Shown here: one piece after another, positions 30,431-38,620 of the stretch
Layout of the letters: each line of letters starts with the position of its first letter
Position numbering within the stretch: the first letter of the stretch is position 1
DNA from: Deinococcales bacterium
GTDB lineage: Bacteria > Deinococcota > Deinococci > Deinococcales > JAAFIG01
Direction of reading: 5' to 3'
Assembly: GCA_031414595.1 (NCBI GenBank)
Contig: JANNVX010000086.1
Coordinates: forward strand, 1-64,000
DNA: 64,000 bases
Program-made: the position numbers and the translations under genes
The notes under the pieces: model-generated
Seen by the model: only the letters and a program-made list of their open reading frames with translations
What the model was told of the DNA's origin: nothing
The model's database searches: none

Positions 30431-31252
30431 ATGTTCACTTTCCTAGATTTTTTAGACATTGCCCTGGTTGCCGTCCTGCTCTACCAAGCCTACCGCTTGA
30501 TGGCAGATTCACACACCCTCAATTTGGTGCGTGGGTTGGTGGTTTTTGGACTGGCACTGTATGCGGCGCAGTGGCTAGGCTTAACCACTTTTTACGCTAT
30601 TCTCGAGCGAATAGCCGCGATTGGGGTCTTTGCCCTGATTGTGATTTTTCAACCTGAACTGCGAGCCGTTCTCGAGCGGGTTGGCAGACCGCGCCAAACC
30701 GAGGATGCGCCGCAAATGCTGGCACTCAACGAAATTACCAGGGCTGTCGAATGGTTGGCTGAACGCAAAATTGGGGCGCTGATTGCCTTGGAGCGCCAAA
30801 CCCCACTGGGCGATTATGCAGGCAGTGGGATTAAACTTGATGCTGAGGTCTCGAGTGGACTCTTAGAAACCATTTTTGCCCGCAACACCCCTCTGCACGA
30901 TGGCGGTGTGATTGTCCAACATGGCAGAATCCGTGCTGCTGGTTGCTTATTTCCACTGCAAAGCGACTCGAGCGGGGTACAGCGCTTATACGGTACTCGT
31001 CACCGTGCCGCACTGGGATTATCACAACAAACCGACGCACTGATTGTGGTGATTTCCGAGGAACGCGGCTCAATCCGTTTAGCCGAAGATGGGGTGCTTA
31101 GCCCAGATTTAACGGTGCTTGAATTGCGAGAACGACTCCGCAGCAGTGCCGCCCAAAAACCACGCAGCACCCGAATTGGACGCAGCTTTTTTAAGCTGAC
31201 CCGCCAAAAACTAAAAGAAACGCAGGTCAGCGAGGTCGGCAATGCCAATTAA
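30431..31252 (+). CDS. cdaA: Diadenylate cyclase CdaA
   Basis: Three N-terminal TMs, IFQPELR, PLHDGG, GTRHRAA, SEERG. Confidence 0.93.
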   Translation: MFTFLDFLDIALVAVLLYQAYRLMADSHTLNLVRGLVVFGLALYAAQWLGLTTFYAILERIAAIGVFALIVIFQPELRAVLERVGRPRQTEDAPQMLALNEITRAVEWLAERKIGALIALERQTPLGDYAGSGIKLDAEVSSGLLETIFARNTPLHDGGVIVQHGRIRAAGCLFPLQSDSSGVQRLYGTRHRAALGLSQQTDALIVVISEERGSIRLAEDGVLSPDLTVLELRERLRSSAAQKPRSTRIGRSFFKLTRQKLKETQVSEVGNAN

Positions 31253-31853
31253 ACTTCCTGCTCATTTAGAGAAAATGATTCTCGATAACTGGTTTGCCAA
31301 ACTCGGGGCATTACTGATTGCCATTGCCTTATGGTTTGCTGCCACCAATGAACGGCGCAGCACTGCCACCAGAGGCTTAGAAATACCGCTTGAAATTAGG
31401 GGACTGGACGAAAACCGAGTAATCAAAGACTTACCCAAAACCATTGCCCTTAAAATCCAAGGCGCTCGAGGCGAACTTGAACAAATCCAAAGCAGCAATC
31501 TCGAAGCCAGTATCAACATCAGCAGTCGCCCTGACGGTTTCTTCTCGAGCGATGTCCGAGTAGATGCCCCCAGCAATATCAAAATCCTGAGTTACGAACC
31601 ACGTCGAATCTCGGCAACCTTAAAAAGTGTAATCAGGGAAAGCATTCTGGTTAAAATTGCTCCCTTAGAAAACGCCAACCCAACCCCCTCGAGTTTTACC
31701 GTCCTTGCCATCGGCACAAGCGAACAAGTCAGCCAAGTCGTCTTTGCCCTAGGTGTGGCTGGCAATAACCAAACCGAACTGACCCCAGTGGACGGCACAG
31801 GAAAACTGGTCGAAGGTGTACGCCTCGAGCCAAGCAGCGTGGAATTGCGATAA
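31242..31853 (+). CDS. cdaR: CdaR/YbbR-like regulator
   Basis: NW.AK...LLIAIALW TM followed by a YbbR-like domain; coupled to cdaA. Confidence 0.8.
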   Translation: MPIKLPAHLEKMILDNWFAKLGALLIAIALWFAATNERRSTATRGLEIPLEIRGLDENRVIKDLPKTIALKIQGARGELEQIQSSNLEASINISSRPDGFFSSDVRVDAPSNIKILSYEPRRISATLKSVIRESILVKIAPLENANPTPSSFTVLAIGTSEQVSQVVFALGVAGNNQTELTPVDGTGKLVEGVRLEPSSVELR

Positions 31854-31854
31854 C

Positions 31855-32784
31855 TTAGCTTTTAATCACCTGTTCGGCTTTGTAACTCGAGCGAACCAGC
31901 GGACCCGCCACAACCTCGAGAAACCCGTACTCGAGGGCTTCGATTCGGATTTCATCAAATTCTGAGGGTGGGATGTAGCGCTCGACTGCCAAATGGTTGC
32001 GGGTTGGGCGCAAATACTGCCCAAAAGTCACAATGTCAACCTTGGCTGCTCTGATGTCCGCGAGTGCTTCCCGAATTTCTTCTCGGGTTTCGCCCAGCCC
32101 AAGCATTAGACTGGTTTTGGTGTAGACACTGGGCTTATAGGCTTTTGCACCAGCCAAGACCCGCAGGGTTTGTTCATAACCCGCCCTCGAGTCCCTGACT
32201 GGATGGGTTAAACGGCGTACCGTCTCGAGGTTCTGGGCATAAACTTCGACACCGCTATCAATCACAGCATACACAGACTCGAGATTGCCTTGAAAATCTG
32301 GGGTCAGTGCCTCGACTTTGGCGTGTGGGACTCGGGTTTTAATGGCTTCTACAGTTCGGGCAAAATGTGCCGCGCCGCCATCTGGCAGGTCATCACGGTC
32401 AACACTGGTCAGCACCACATACTTTAAGCCCATCAGTTCGACGGACTCGGCAATATGTTCGGGTTCGCTTAAGTCAAGTCGCCCAAGCGGATTGCCTGTA
32501 TTGACCGCACAGAACTTACAAGCCCGAGTACAAACACTGCCCAGCAGCATAAACGTGGCTGTACCCGCGCTCCAGCATTCGGCGATATTTGGACACATCG
32601 CTTCTTGGCAAACTGTTGCCAGTCCGTGCCGCCCGACAATATCCTTGATGCTCGAGTAACCGATGCCGCTTGGCAGTGAGACTTTTAACCAATCGGGTTT
32701 GCGTTCACGCACCGCAGGTGCGCCTTTGACCAGCACCCCATCTTTGACCACGGGGAAATCGTATTCACGGGATGGTTTAATCAT
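31855..32784 (-). CDS. lipA: Lipoyl synthase
   Basis: [30 protein letters not shown]. Confidence 0.97.
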   Translation of the reverse strand: MIKPSREYDFPVVKDGVLVKGAPAVRERKPDWLKVSLPSGIGYSSIKDIVGRHGLATVCQEAMCPNIAECWSAGTATFMLLGSVCTRACKFCAVNTGNPLGRLDLSEPEHIAESVELMGLKYVVLTSVDRDDLPDGGAAHFARTVEAIKTRVPHAKVEALTPDFQGNLESVYAVIDSGVEVYAQNLETVRRLTHPVRDSRAGYEQTLRVLAGAKAYKPSVYTKTSLMLGLGETREEIREALADIRAAKVDIVTFGQYLRPTRNHLAVERYIPPSEFDEIRIEALEYGFLEVVAGPLVRSSYKAEQVIKS

Positions 32785-32939
32785 GGTATGTCCTCGAGTT
32801 GTAAAGCACTGCGTACAGTTTGCCGAATCATTGCAGCAGCATTTCGGAAGGCTTGTACTTCATCAAAATTAGGGGCTTCAAGTTCGCCAGGATAACGACT
32901 TCGGTTTGCAGCTAAATTAAGTAAATTAGCTCTGGACAT
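32781..32939 (-). pseudogene. HEPN-domain remnant (C-terminal portion only)
   Basis: 52 aa MSRANLLNLAANRSRYPG...[10 protein letters not shown] retaining the RYP motif; start overlaps the MNT gene end. Confidence 0.55.
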
Positions 32940-33234
32940 AAACTTGAATACCTTCGGCGAGAACGGCTTCGGCAATAAAGGATTCCATTCCCACAAGATG
33001 TGAATAGTGCATAGGAGTAATATCCAATGCAAACGAACGGTCTTGACAAGCAGCATAGGCTTTTTGGGCTGCTTTCATTAAGTCAGTAGGCTGATCAAAT
33101 ACCAAAAGCATGTCCACATCACTATCTTGATGGGCTTGACCCCTAGCATGGCTGCCAAATAAAAAAACTTGCTTTGCTCCACTGGCTTGAGCGGCTTTTT
33201 TGGCATACTGCTTTATTTCCAATAACCCAACCAT
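32926..33234 (-). CDS. Minimal nucleotidyltransferase (MNT)
   Basis: LFGSHARG.....SDVD motif, 102 aa. Confidence 0.9.
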   Translation of the reverse strand: MVGLLEIKQYAKKAAQASGAKQVFLFGSHARGQAHQDSDVDMLLVFDQPTDLMKAAQKAYAACQDRSFALDITPMHYSHLVGMESFIAEAVLAEGIQVYVQS

Positions 33235-33320
33235 ACCAATATCCTACTACTTCAAACCAAAAACATTTGTACATACCAATAACCTTTGCACACCTAACAT
33301 TGTGAGGTTAAACTACAATC

Positions 33321-34403
33321 ATGACTTTAGCCGCCACCCATCCAACTTTCAAAGCCCGTGGTTTAATAGAGCGTTGGCGCTCGAGACTGCCCGTATCCGA
33401 ACTCACCCCTGTCATTTCACTCGGCGAGGGCGACACCCCACTGGTTGAACTTCGTGGCACACCTGAATCTACGGACCGCGGTATTCGGCTTTTTGCCAAA
33501 TTCGACGGGGCAAACCCCACGGGCAGTTTCAAAGACCGAGGCATGACGATGGCAGTTTCTAAAGCACTCGAGGACGGAGCAAAAGCCATTGCCTGTGCCA
33601 GTACCGGCAACACCAGTGCAGCCGCCGCAGCTTATGCCTCCCGAGCCGGGGTTGACTGCATTATTGTGCTGCCTGCCGGGTATGTGGCAGCCGGTAAAAT
33701 TGCACAGACGATTCTAATGGGTGCAAAAATTGTGCAAATCGAAGGGAATTTTGATGATGCGCTGCGTTTGGTGCGTGAACTCTGCGAAGTCACACCAATT
33801 GCTCTGGTCAACAGTGTTAATCCGTACCGTATCGAAGGACAAAAAAGCATTGCCTTTGAAGTTGCCGAAAGTTTTGACTGGGATGCTCCCGAGTACCACG
33901 CCATGCCTGTAGGCAACGCAGGAAATATTACTGCCCACTGGAAAGGATACAGCGAATTATTTGCTGATAACACCATCCCCAGAAAACCGATTATGCTTGG
34001 TTTCCAAGCTGCTGGCGCAGCCCCGATTGTCTTAGGTCACGCTGTCGAAAAACCCGAAACGATTGCCACAGCCATTCGCATTGGCAACCCTGCCAGTTGG
34101 TGTTATGCCATCGGCGCACGAGACGAATCTGGTGGAGTCATCGAAGCTGTGACCGACGAAGAAATCCTAACTGCTTACCAATTTCTGGCAAAAGAAGGGA
34201 TGTTTTGTGAACCAGCCAGTGCTGCGGGTTTTGCTGGAGCATGGCGCATGATTAAAGAAGGTCGCATCCCAGACGGCTCGAGGATTGTTTGTACCCTGAC
34301 TGGACACGGCTTAAAAGACCCAACCACTGCCAGTAGTCTTGCCGGTCTCGAGAATCCTGTGCCAGCCACACTTGAGGCACTGCAACGGGCTATTGGGGTT
34401 TGA
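33321..34403 (+). CDS. thrC: Threonine synthase
   Basis: NPTGSFKDRG, CASTGNTS, PVGNAGN, EPASAA, TGHGLKD. Confidence 0.96.
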   Translation: MTLAATHPTFKARGLIERWRSRLPVSELTPVISLGEGDTPLVELRGTPESTDRGIRLFAKFDGANPTGSFKDRGMTMAVSKALEDGAKAIACASTGNTSAAAAAYASRAGVDCIIVLPAGYVAAGKIAQTILMGAKIVQIEGNFDDALRLVRELCEVTPIALVNSVNPYRIEGQKSIAFEVAESFDWDAPEYHAMPVGNAGNITAHWKGYSELFADNTIPRKPIMLGFQAAGAAPIVLGHAVEKPETIATAIRIGNPASWCYAIGARDESGGVIEAVTDEEILTAYQFLAKEGMFCEPASAAGFAGAWRMIKEGRIPDGSRIVCTLTGHGLKDPTTASSLAGLENPVPATLEALQRAIGV

Positions 34404-35278
34404 TGTTTAGTCTCGAGCCAGTCGCTGATGGTGTTTGGGCAGCCATTAGCCAAGACCCAACCTATGCCATGTCAAACGCTGCAATTATTGACCTTGGTGA
34501 TAAAACACTGGTTTTTGACTCGAGCATGTCGCCAGTGGCAGCACTCGAGCTACGGCAATTGGCTGAAGAAACCACAAAAAAACCTGTATCGTACTTAATA
34601 AATTCGCATCATCATTTGGATCATTGCTTGGGCAATCAGGTCTTTGCCGATACCACCATTATCTCGAGCAATACCACCAGAGATTTAATGCAGATGCGGT
34701 TTGCTCGGCTCGAGACAGAGAATTTTGCTGAGGCAATACTTGATTTGCAAAGACAAGTGGCAACCACGCCTTGGGAAAGGAATTTATTGGCTTTGGAACT
34801 TGCTGAACTCGAGATGTTGCAAGCCTTTATGCCCAATTTCAAACCAACTTTACCAAGTGTCACTTTCTCAGATTCTTTTGAATTGATTGGTTCAAAACGC
34901 ACTGTTCAAATCCAAACTTTTGGCGTTGGACACACCACCTTGGATGCTGTTTTGACCGTGGAAGAGGTACTTGTGACTGGTGATTTGGTCTTAAATCAGC
35001 ATTTGGCTTTTATGGGACATGGAAACCCCCAAAGTTGGTTAGAACGCCTTCATGACCTCGAGCAAATACAGGGCGTTGTGCAAATTATTCCAGGGCATGG
35101 TGATGTTGGTCAAACCAGTCTTGTTGAAGCAATGCGGCTTCAACTGCTCGAGATGATCGCTTTGGCAAGTGCAGCCCAAAACATTGCTACAGCCCAACCA
35201 CCAGCCCACTGGCTCGGGTGGGGTTTACCCGCCAGTTACCGTGCCAATCTCGAGTTTTTAAGCACAAAAGGGGTTTAA
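34400..35278 (+). CDS. MBL-fold metallo-hydrolase
   Basis: SHHHLDH, GHT, TGD and PGHG motifs. Confidence 0.9.
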   Translation: MMFSLEPVADGVWAAISQDPTYAMSNAAIIDLGDKTLVFDSSMSPVAALELRQLAEETTKKPVSYLINSHHHLDHCLGNQVFADTTIISSNTTRDLMQMRFARLETENFAEAILDLQRQVATTPWERNLLALELAELEMLQAFMPNFKPTLPSVTFSDSFELIGSKRTVQIQTFGVGHTTLDAVLTVEEVLVTGDLVLNQHLAFMGHGNPQSWLERLHDLEQIQGVVQIIPGHGDVGQTSLVEAMRLQLLEMIALASAAQNIATAQPPAHWLGWGLPASYRANLEFLSTKGV

Positions 35279-35279
35279 T

Positions 35280-35561
35280 ATGGACTTAACAGAAATTACA
35301 CTTGAAGATTTTTCGCCGCTCGTAACCCAAGAATTTAAGCTCGAGGGCAGCGAGGTCGCCTTTACCTTGCTCGAGACAAAACCCTTAAATACCCATGAGG
35401 GAGCGCCACGTAGAGCTTTTTCTTTGTTGTTTGCGTCTCCAGTCCCAGCCCCTCAAGGCACATATGCACTGCTGCACACTTCGCTTGGACGGCTCGAGAT
35501 TTTTCTTGTCCCCATTGCAAAAGCTGGTGAAGGTGTGCAGCTCGAAGCGGTTTTTAGTTAG
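35280..35561 (+). CDS. DUF6916-like small protein
   Basis: R.AFSLLF...PQGTY.L.H..LG.LEIFLVPI...EAVF pattern. Confidence 0.8.
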   Translation: MDLTEITLEDFSPLVTQEFKLEGSEVAFTLLETKPLNTHEGAPRRAFSLLFASPVPAPQGTYALLHTSLGRLEIFLVPIAKAGEGVQLEAVFS

Positions 35562-36021
35562 CACGGTGCATTTTGACATACACCCCTGTGGCTTCGGTCT
35601 CGAGTTCGGTAAAGCCCATGCGTTTGTACCAGTCCCGAGCATGATTATTGATTTCGACATGCAAGGTAATATCTAAACCAGACTTTTTTGCTTCTATAAA
35701 TAACTGCTCGAAACACCACTTGGCAATGCCGCGCTTTTGGTAGGGCGGACTGACAATAATATCCATTAACCGAATTTCGCTGCTTCTATGCACATAAAGC
35801 CGCCCGACTGGAACACCCTCCAGTAAAATCAAATCAAAAGCCGCGCCTTGGTAATGCTGATAATAGTGACTGCGTTGAGCCAAAAACTGGCTCTCGAGGA
35901 AAACTTTTTTCTGCTCCAAAGTCCACGGCACAAGACTCATCTCTTCGGCTCGAGATTCGGTATAAAGCCCGAGCAGAAACGGAATGTCCGCTTCTGCTTC
36001 GGTTTGCAAGGCAATGTCCAT
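35554..36021 (-). CDS. GNAT acetyltransferase
   Basis: FL..LY.ESR.EE, QF.AQ..HY, PPYQKRGIA, LHV..NN.A..WY.RMGF. Confidence 0.9.
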   Translation of the reverse strand: MDIALQTEAEADIPFLLGLYTESRAEEMSLVPWTLEQKKVFLESQFLAQRSHYYQHYQGAAFDLILLEGVPVGRLYVHRSSEIRLMDIIVSPPYQKRGIAKWCFEQLFIEAKKSGLDITLHVEINNHARDWYKRMGFTELETEATGVYVKMHRAN

Positions 36022-36028
36022 ACTGACA

Positions 36029-37042
36029 TTAAACCATGTAGGTGTTGGTGAACCCAGAGCGCAACCCAGAGCGTAAATCGTTTAAGCGTGGGTGCATTTC
36101 AGAGACCGACTCAAGAACCCGCCGAACCCCATTTTTCTCGAGGTACAGCGTATTCTGGTTTTGGTTGCGCTTAAATTCTAGCACCCCTCGAGCGGTTTGT
36201 ACTTTAGCATTGCGTAAAGCCTTTAAGAAATTTAGGTTATCGCTATTGGCAGCTTGAATCAGCAGCGCCGCACTTTCTTGCCCAAGTTGCAGCACAGCAT
36301 CTTCGCCAAAACTCGAGAAAGCAGTGGTGGCACTTAGCTTGGTTAAGGCACTGACACTGATAGGAACTCGAGCCGAACGCAGCATCTCGAGGTTGGTGGC
36401 ATCCGAGGCGATGATGTGCAAATGAGCGGGTTTGAGGGCTTTAATCTGCTCGAGAACAGCCGCCCAATCTTCGGAGACAATTGTTTGCAGAACCTGACCG
36501 CCAGCACTTTCAAAGCCGCTTCTGAAGGCATAAGGCAAGTCGTATCCTGCTTCGCGCATACTGCAAACAATCACGGACGTGTTGCCGCGCCCAATGTTAC
36601 TTTTGCGTTGGTTGGCAACAAAACCGCCCAATGCCCATTCGGATTGCCAGAGTTTTAGGCTGTTAGAAAGAATAAATGGACTGGTCTCGAGGGCTGGAAT
36701 TTTAGCACCAAATTCGTTGCAAATGGCGGGTAAGGCGTACTGCTCGAGAATCGGGCGCAGGGCATCGGCATACCCATCACCAAGCGAAACCAGTACATCA
36801 AAGGTTTTGGTCTCGAGAATTTGGGCTAAGGCTCGAGCGGCGGATGTGGTGGTGCTGCCAGCCTCGACAAAGGTAAGTTCAAAGTTCTGGTTTGGGGTTA
36901 AGCCGCTTAAAAACTGGCTCGAGAAGGCTTTGGGGGACAGTGCCAGTACCCGCAGTCTATGCGGGGCAGCTTGGGCAACAATGCCAATGGCGGGAATGGC
37001 AGCGCCAACCCCAAGGGCTTGTAAGAAATCGCGTCTTTTCAT
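36029..37042 (-). CDS. Tat-exported type I periplasmic-binding-fold protein (LivJ-like)
   Basis: MKRRDFL Tat signal; YDLPYAF..GFE.AGG; no permease or ATPase genes adjacent. Confidence 0.7.
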   Translation of the reverse strand: MKRRDFLQALGVGAAIPAIGIVAQAAPHRLRVLALSPKAFSSQFLSGLTPNQNFELTFVEAGSTTTSAARALAQILETKTFDVLVSLGDGYADALRPILEQYALPAICNEFGAKIPALETSPFILSNSLKLWQSEWALGGFVANQRKSNIGRGNTSVIVCSMREAGYDLPYAFRSGFESAGGQVLQTIVSEDWAAVLEQIKALKPAHLHIIASDATNLEMLRSARVPISVSALTKLSATTAFSSFGEDAVLQLGQESAALLIQAANSDNLNFLKALRNAKVQTARGVLEFKRNQNQNTLYLEKNGVRRVLESVSEMHPRLNDLRSGLRSGFTNTYMV

Positions 37043-37053
37043 GGGTAGACTCC

Positions 37054-37569
37054 TTATCCCCTTGGTGGGAAAACACCTTGCAGGGCAATACAAAAATTAA
37101 CCACCAAATACGGCATTTGGTTGTTGTGGGGTAGGCTACTCCCAGCCGGTGCAAGACTTGGGGCAAGAATTGTGTTAGGTGCAGCATTGACATAGGGTGT
37201 TTTGCCAACAACCCGAGCAGGCACAGAACCGCTTGGGCTGTTGGTGTCACCAACGGCATTCAATGCTCCAAAGGTGTGATTGTGCTGTGGAATCTCGGTT
37301 TCCAATAAAGTCACATTGCTTTCACCAGTGGTTTCGCCCAAGCTGTAAAACGATAAGCCAGGTCCTTGACCCGGTTGCAGTGGGCTGCGTCCTTGTAAAT
37401 TGGGTAAACCAAAGGTGGTTCGCCCGTCACCACCGTAGGTTATACCGAGCAAACTAAACAAAGCCGTATTTTGCGAAATAGATATAAGTTGTCCATCACA
37501 AGTTGCCCAGCCTCTCGGGGCAAAGTTAAAACCGACCATCCTGATTTCAGCTACAAATTGATCTGACAT
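37054..37569 (-). CDS. Tail-collar domain protein 3 (microcystin-dependent MdpB-like)
   Basis: FVAEIR..GFNFAPRGWA.CDGQ, TYGGDG.TTF.LP.LQGR, PHNNQMPYL..NFCIALQGVFP. Confidence 0.92.
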   Translation of the reverse strand: MSDQFVAEIRMVGFNFAPRGWATCDGQLISISQNTALFSLLGITYGGDGRTTFGLPNLQGRSPLQPGQGPGLSFYSLGETTGESNVTLLETEIPQHNHTFGALNAVGDTNSPSGSVPARVVGKTPYVNAAPNTILAPSLAPAGSSLPHNNQMPYLVVNFCIALQGVFPPRG

Positions 37570-37578
37570 AGAAGCTCC

Positions 37579-38097
37579 TTATGTTTGCGTTGGGAAAATA
37601 CCAAACAGCGCAATAATAAAATTGACTGCTAGAATCGGTTGGATGTTGTTGTGTGGTTGTGAACCACCCGCATTACCAACGGTGCCGGCGTTCATATTGA
37701 CACTTGGACTTTCGATAATATGCAAATCAATATCGGCTACCCCAAGAGTCACAGTGCTGCTTGGTACACCTGTACTGCCTGTACTGCTCGAGACAACAAC
37801 CGCGTGGGTGTGTTGCGGGATTTGCTGGCTAATCAGTGTAACGCTTTCTGTGCCGCTTTTTTCGCCAAGGGTACGGCTACCTAACCCACTTCCTGTCCCT
37901 TGATGAACGGGTATTCGTGAACGTAAATCTGGCAGGGCAAACGTGCTTTGTCCATCGCCCCCATAAGTTGTGCCAATCAATGCAAATAAAGCGTCGTTTT
38001 GGGAAATAGCTTGTAATGAACCATCGCAAAATGCCCAACCAACAGGAGCAAAATTTCCACCGAACATCCTGATTTCACCAATATAAGGATTACTCAT
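37579..38097 (-). CDS. Tail-collar domain protein 2
   Basis: YIGEIRMFGGNFAP.GW..CDG, TTYGGDG, PHNNIQP. Confidence 0.92.
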   Translation of the reverse strand: MSNPYIGEIRMFGGNFAPVGWAFCDGSLQAISQNDALFALIGTTYGGDGQSTFALPDLRSRIPVHQGTGSGLGSRTLGEKSGTESVTLISQQIPQHTHAVVVSSSTGSTGVPSSTVTLGVADIDLHIIESPSVNMNAGTVGNAGGSQPHNNIQPILAVNFIIALFGIFPTQT

Positions 38098-38107
38098 CTT
38101 GCTCTCC

Positions 38108-38608
38108 TTAGTTCCGACTCGGAAAAATGCCAGCTAAGGCAATACAGAAACTAATCACCGAATACGGCTGCATATTGTTGTGTGGTTGTGAACCACCCGC
38201 ATTACCAACGGTTGAAGCCTGTAAAACCGCTCCGTTATTTTGTGCCGCATAAAGTTTTGCTGCACCATTGGCAAAACTGTTATTGGTCGGTATGGCGGCT
38301 GCACTAGCACTGCTCGAGGCATTCAGGGTGTGGGTGTGGCTTGGCATTTGGCTGACAACTAAAGTATGGGATTCCGAGCCACCCACTTGCCCTTGTGTAA
38401 AACCAGACCCCATATGAATTGGGGTACGACCTTGAAAATTCGGTAAGGCAAAAGTGGTTTGCCCATTACCACCATACGTTGTGCCTAGTAAACTAAATAA
38501 GGCTTGATTTTGATTGATGGGTAGAAATTGCCCATTGCATAATGCCCAAAATTTAGGCGGAAAATTAAAAGCCATCATGCGGATTTCACCAATAAATGGA
38601 TCTGACAT
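38108..38608 (-). CDS. Tail-collar domain protein 1
   Basis: FIGEIR...FNFPP..WA.CNGQ, TTYGGNG, PHNNMQPY. Confidence 0.92.
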   Translation of the reverse strand: MSDPFIGEIRMMAFNFPPKFWALCNGQFLPINQNQALFSLLGTTYGGNGQTTFALPNFQGRTPIHMGSGFTQGQVGGSESHTLVVSQMPSHTHTLNASSSASAAAIPTNNSFANGAAKLYAAQNNGAVLQASTVGNAGGSQPHNNMQPYSVISFCIALAGIFPSRN

Positions 38609-38620
38609 AAGACCCCTCCT

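Noticed and set aside
37054-38608. Prophage or tailocin
   Set aside because: Only collar-domain genes; no integrase, terminase, capsid, sheath, tube, baseplate or lysis genes, and composition is host-like.
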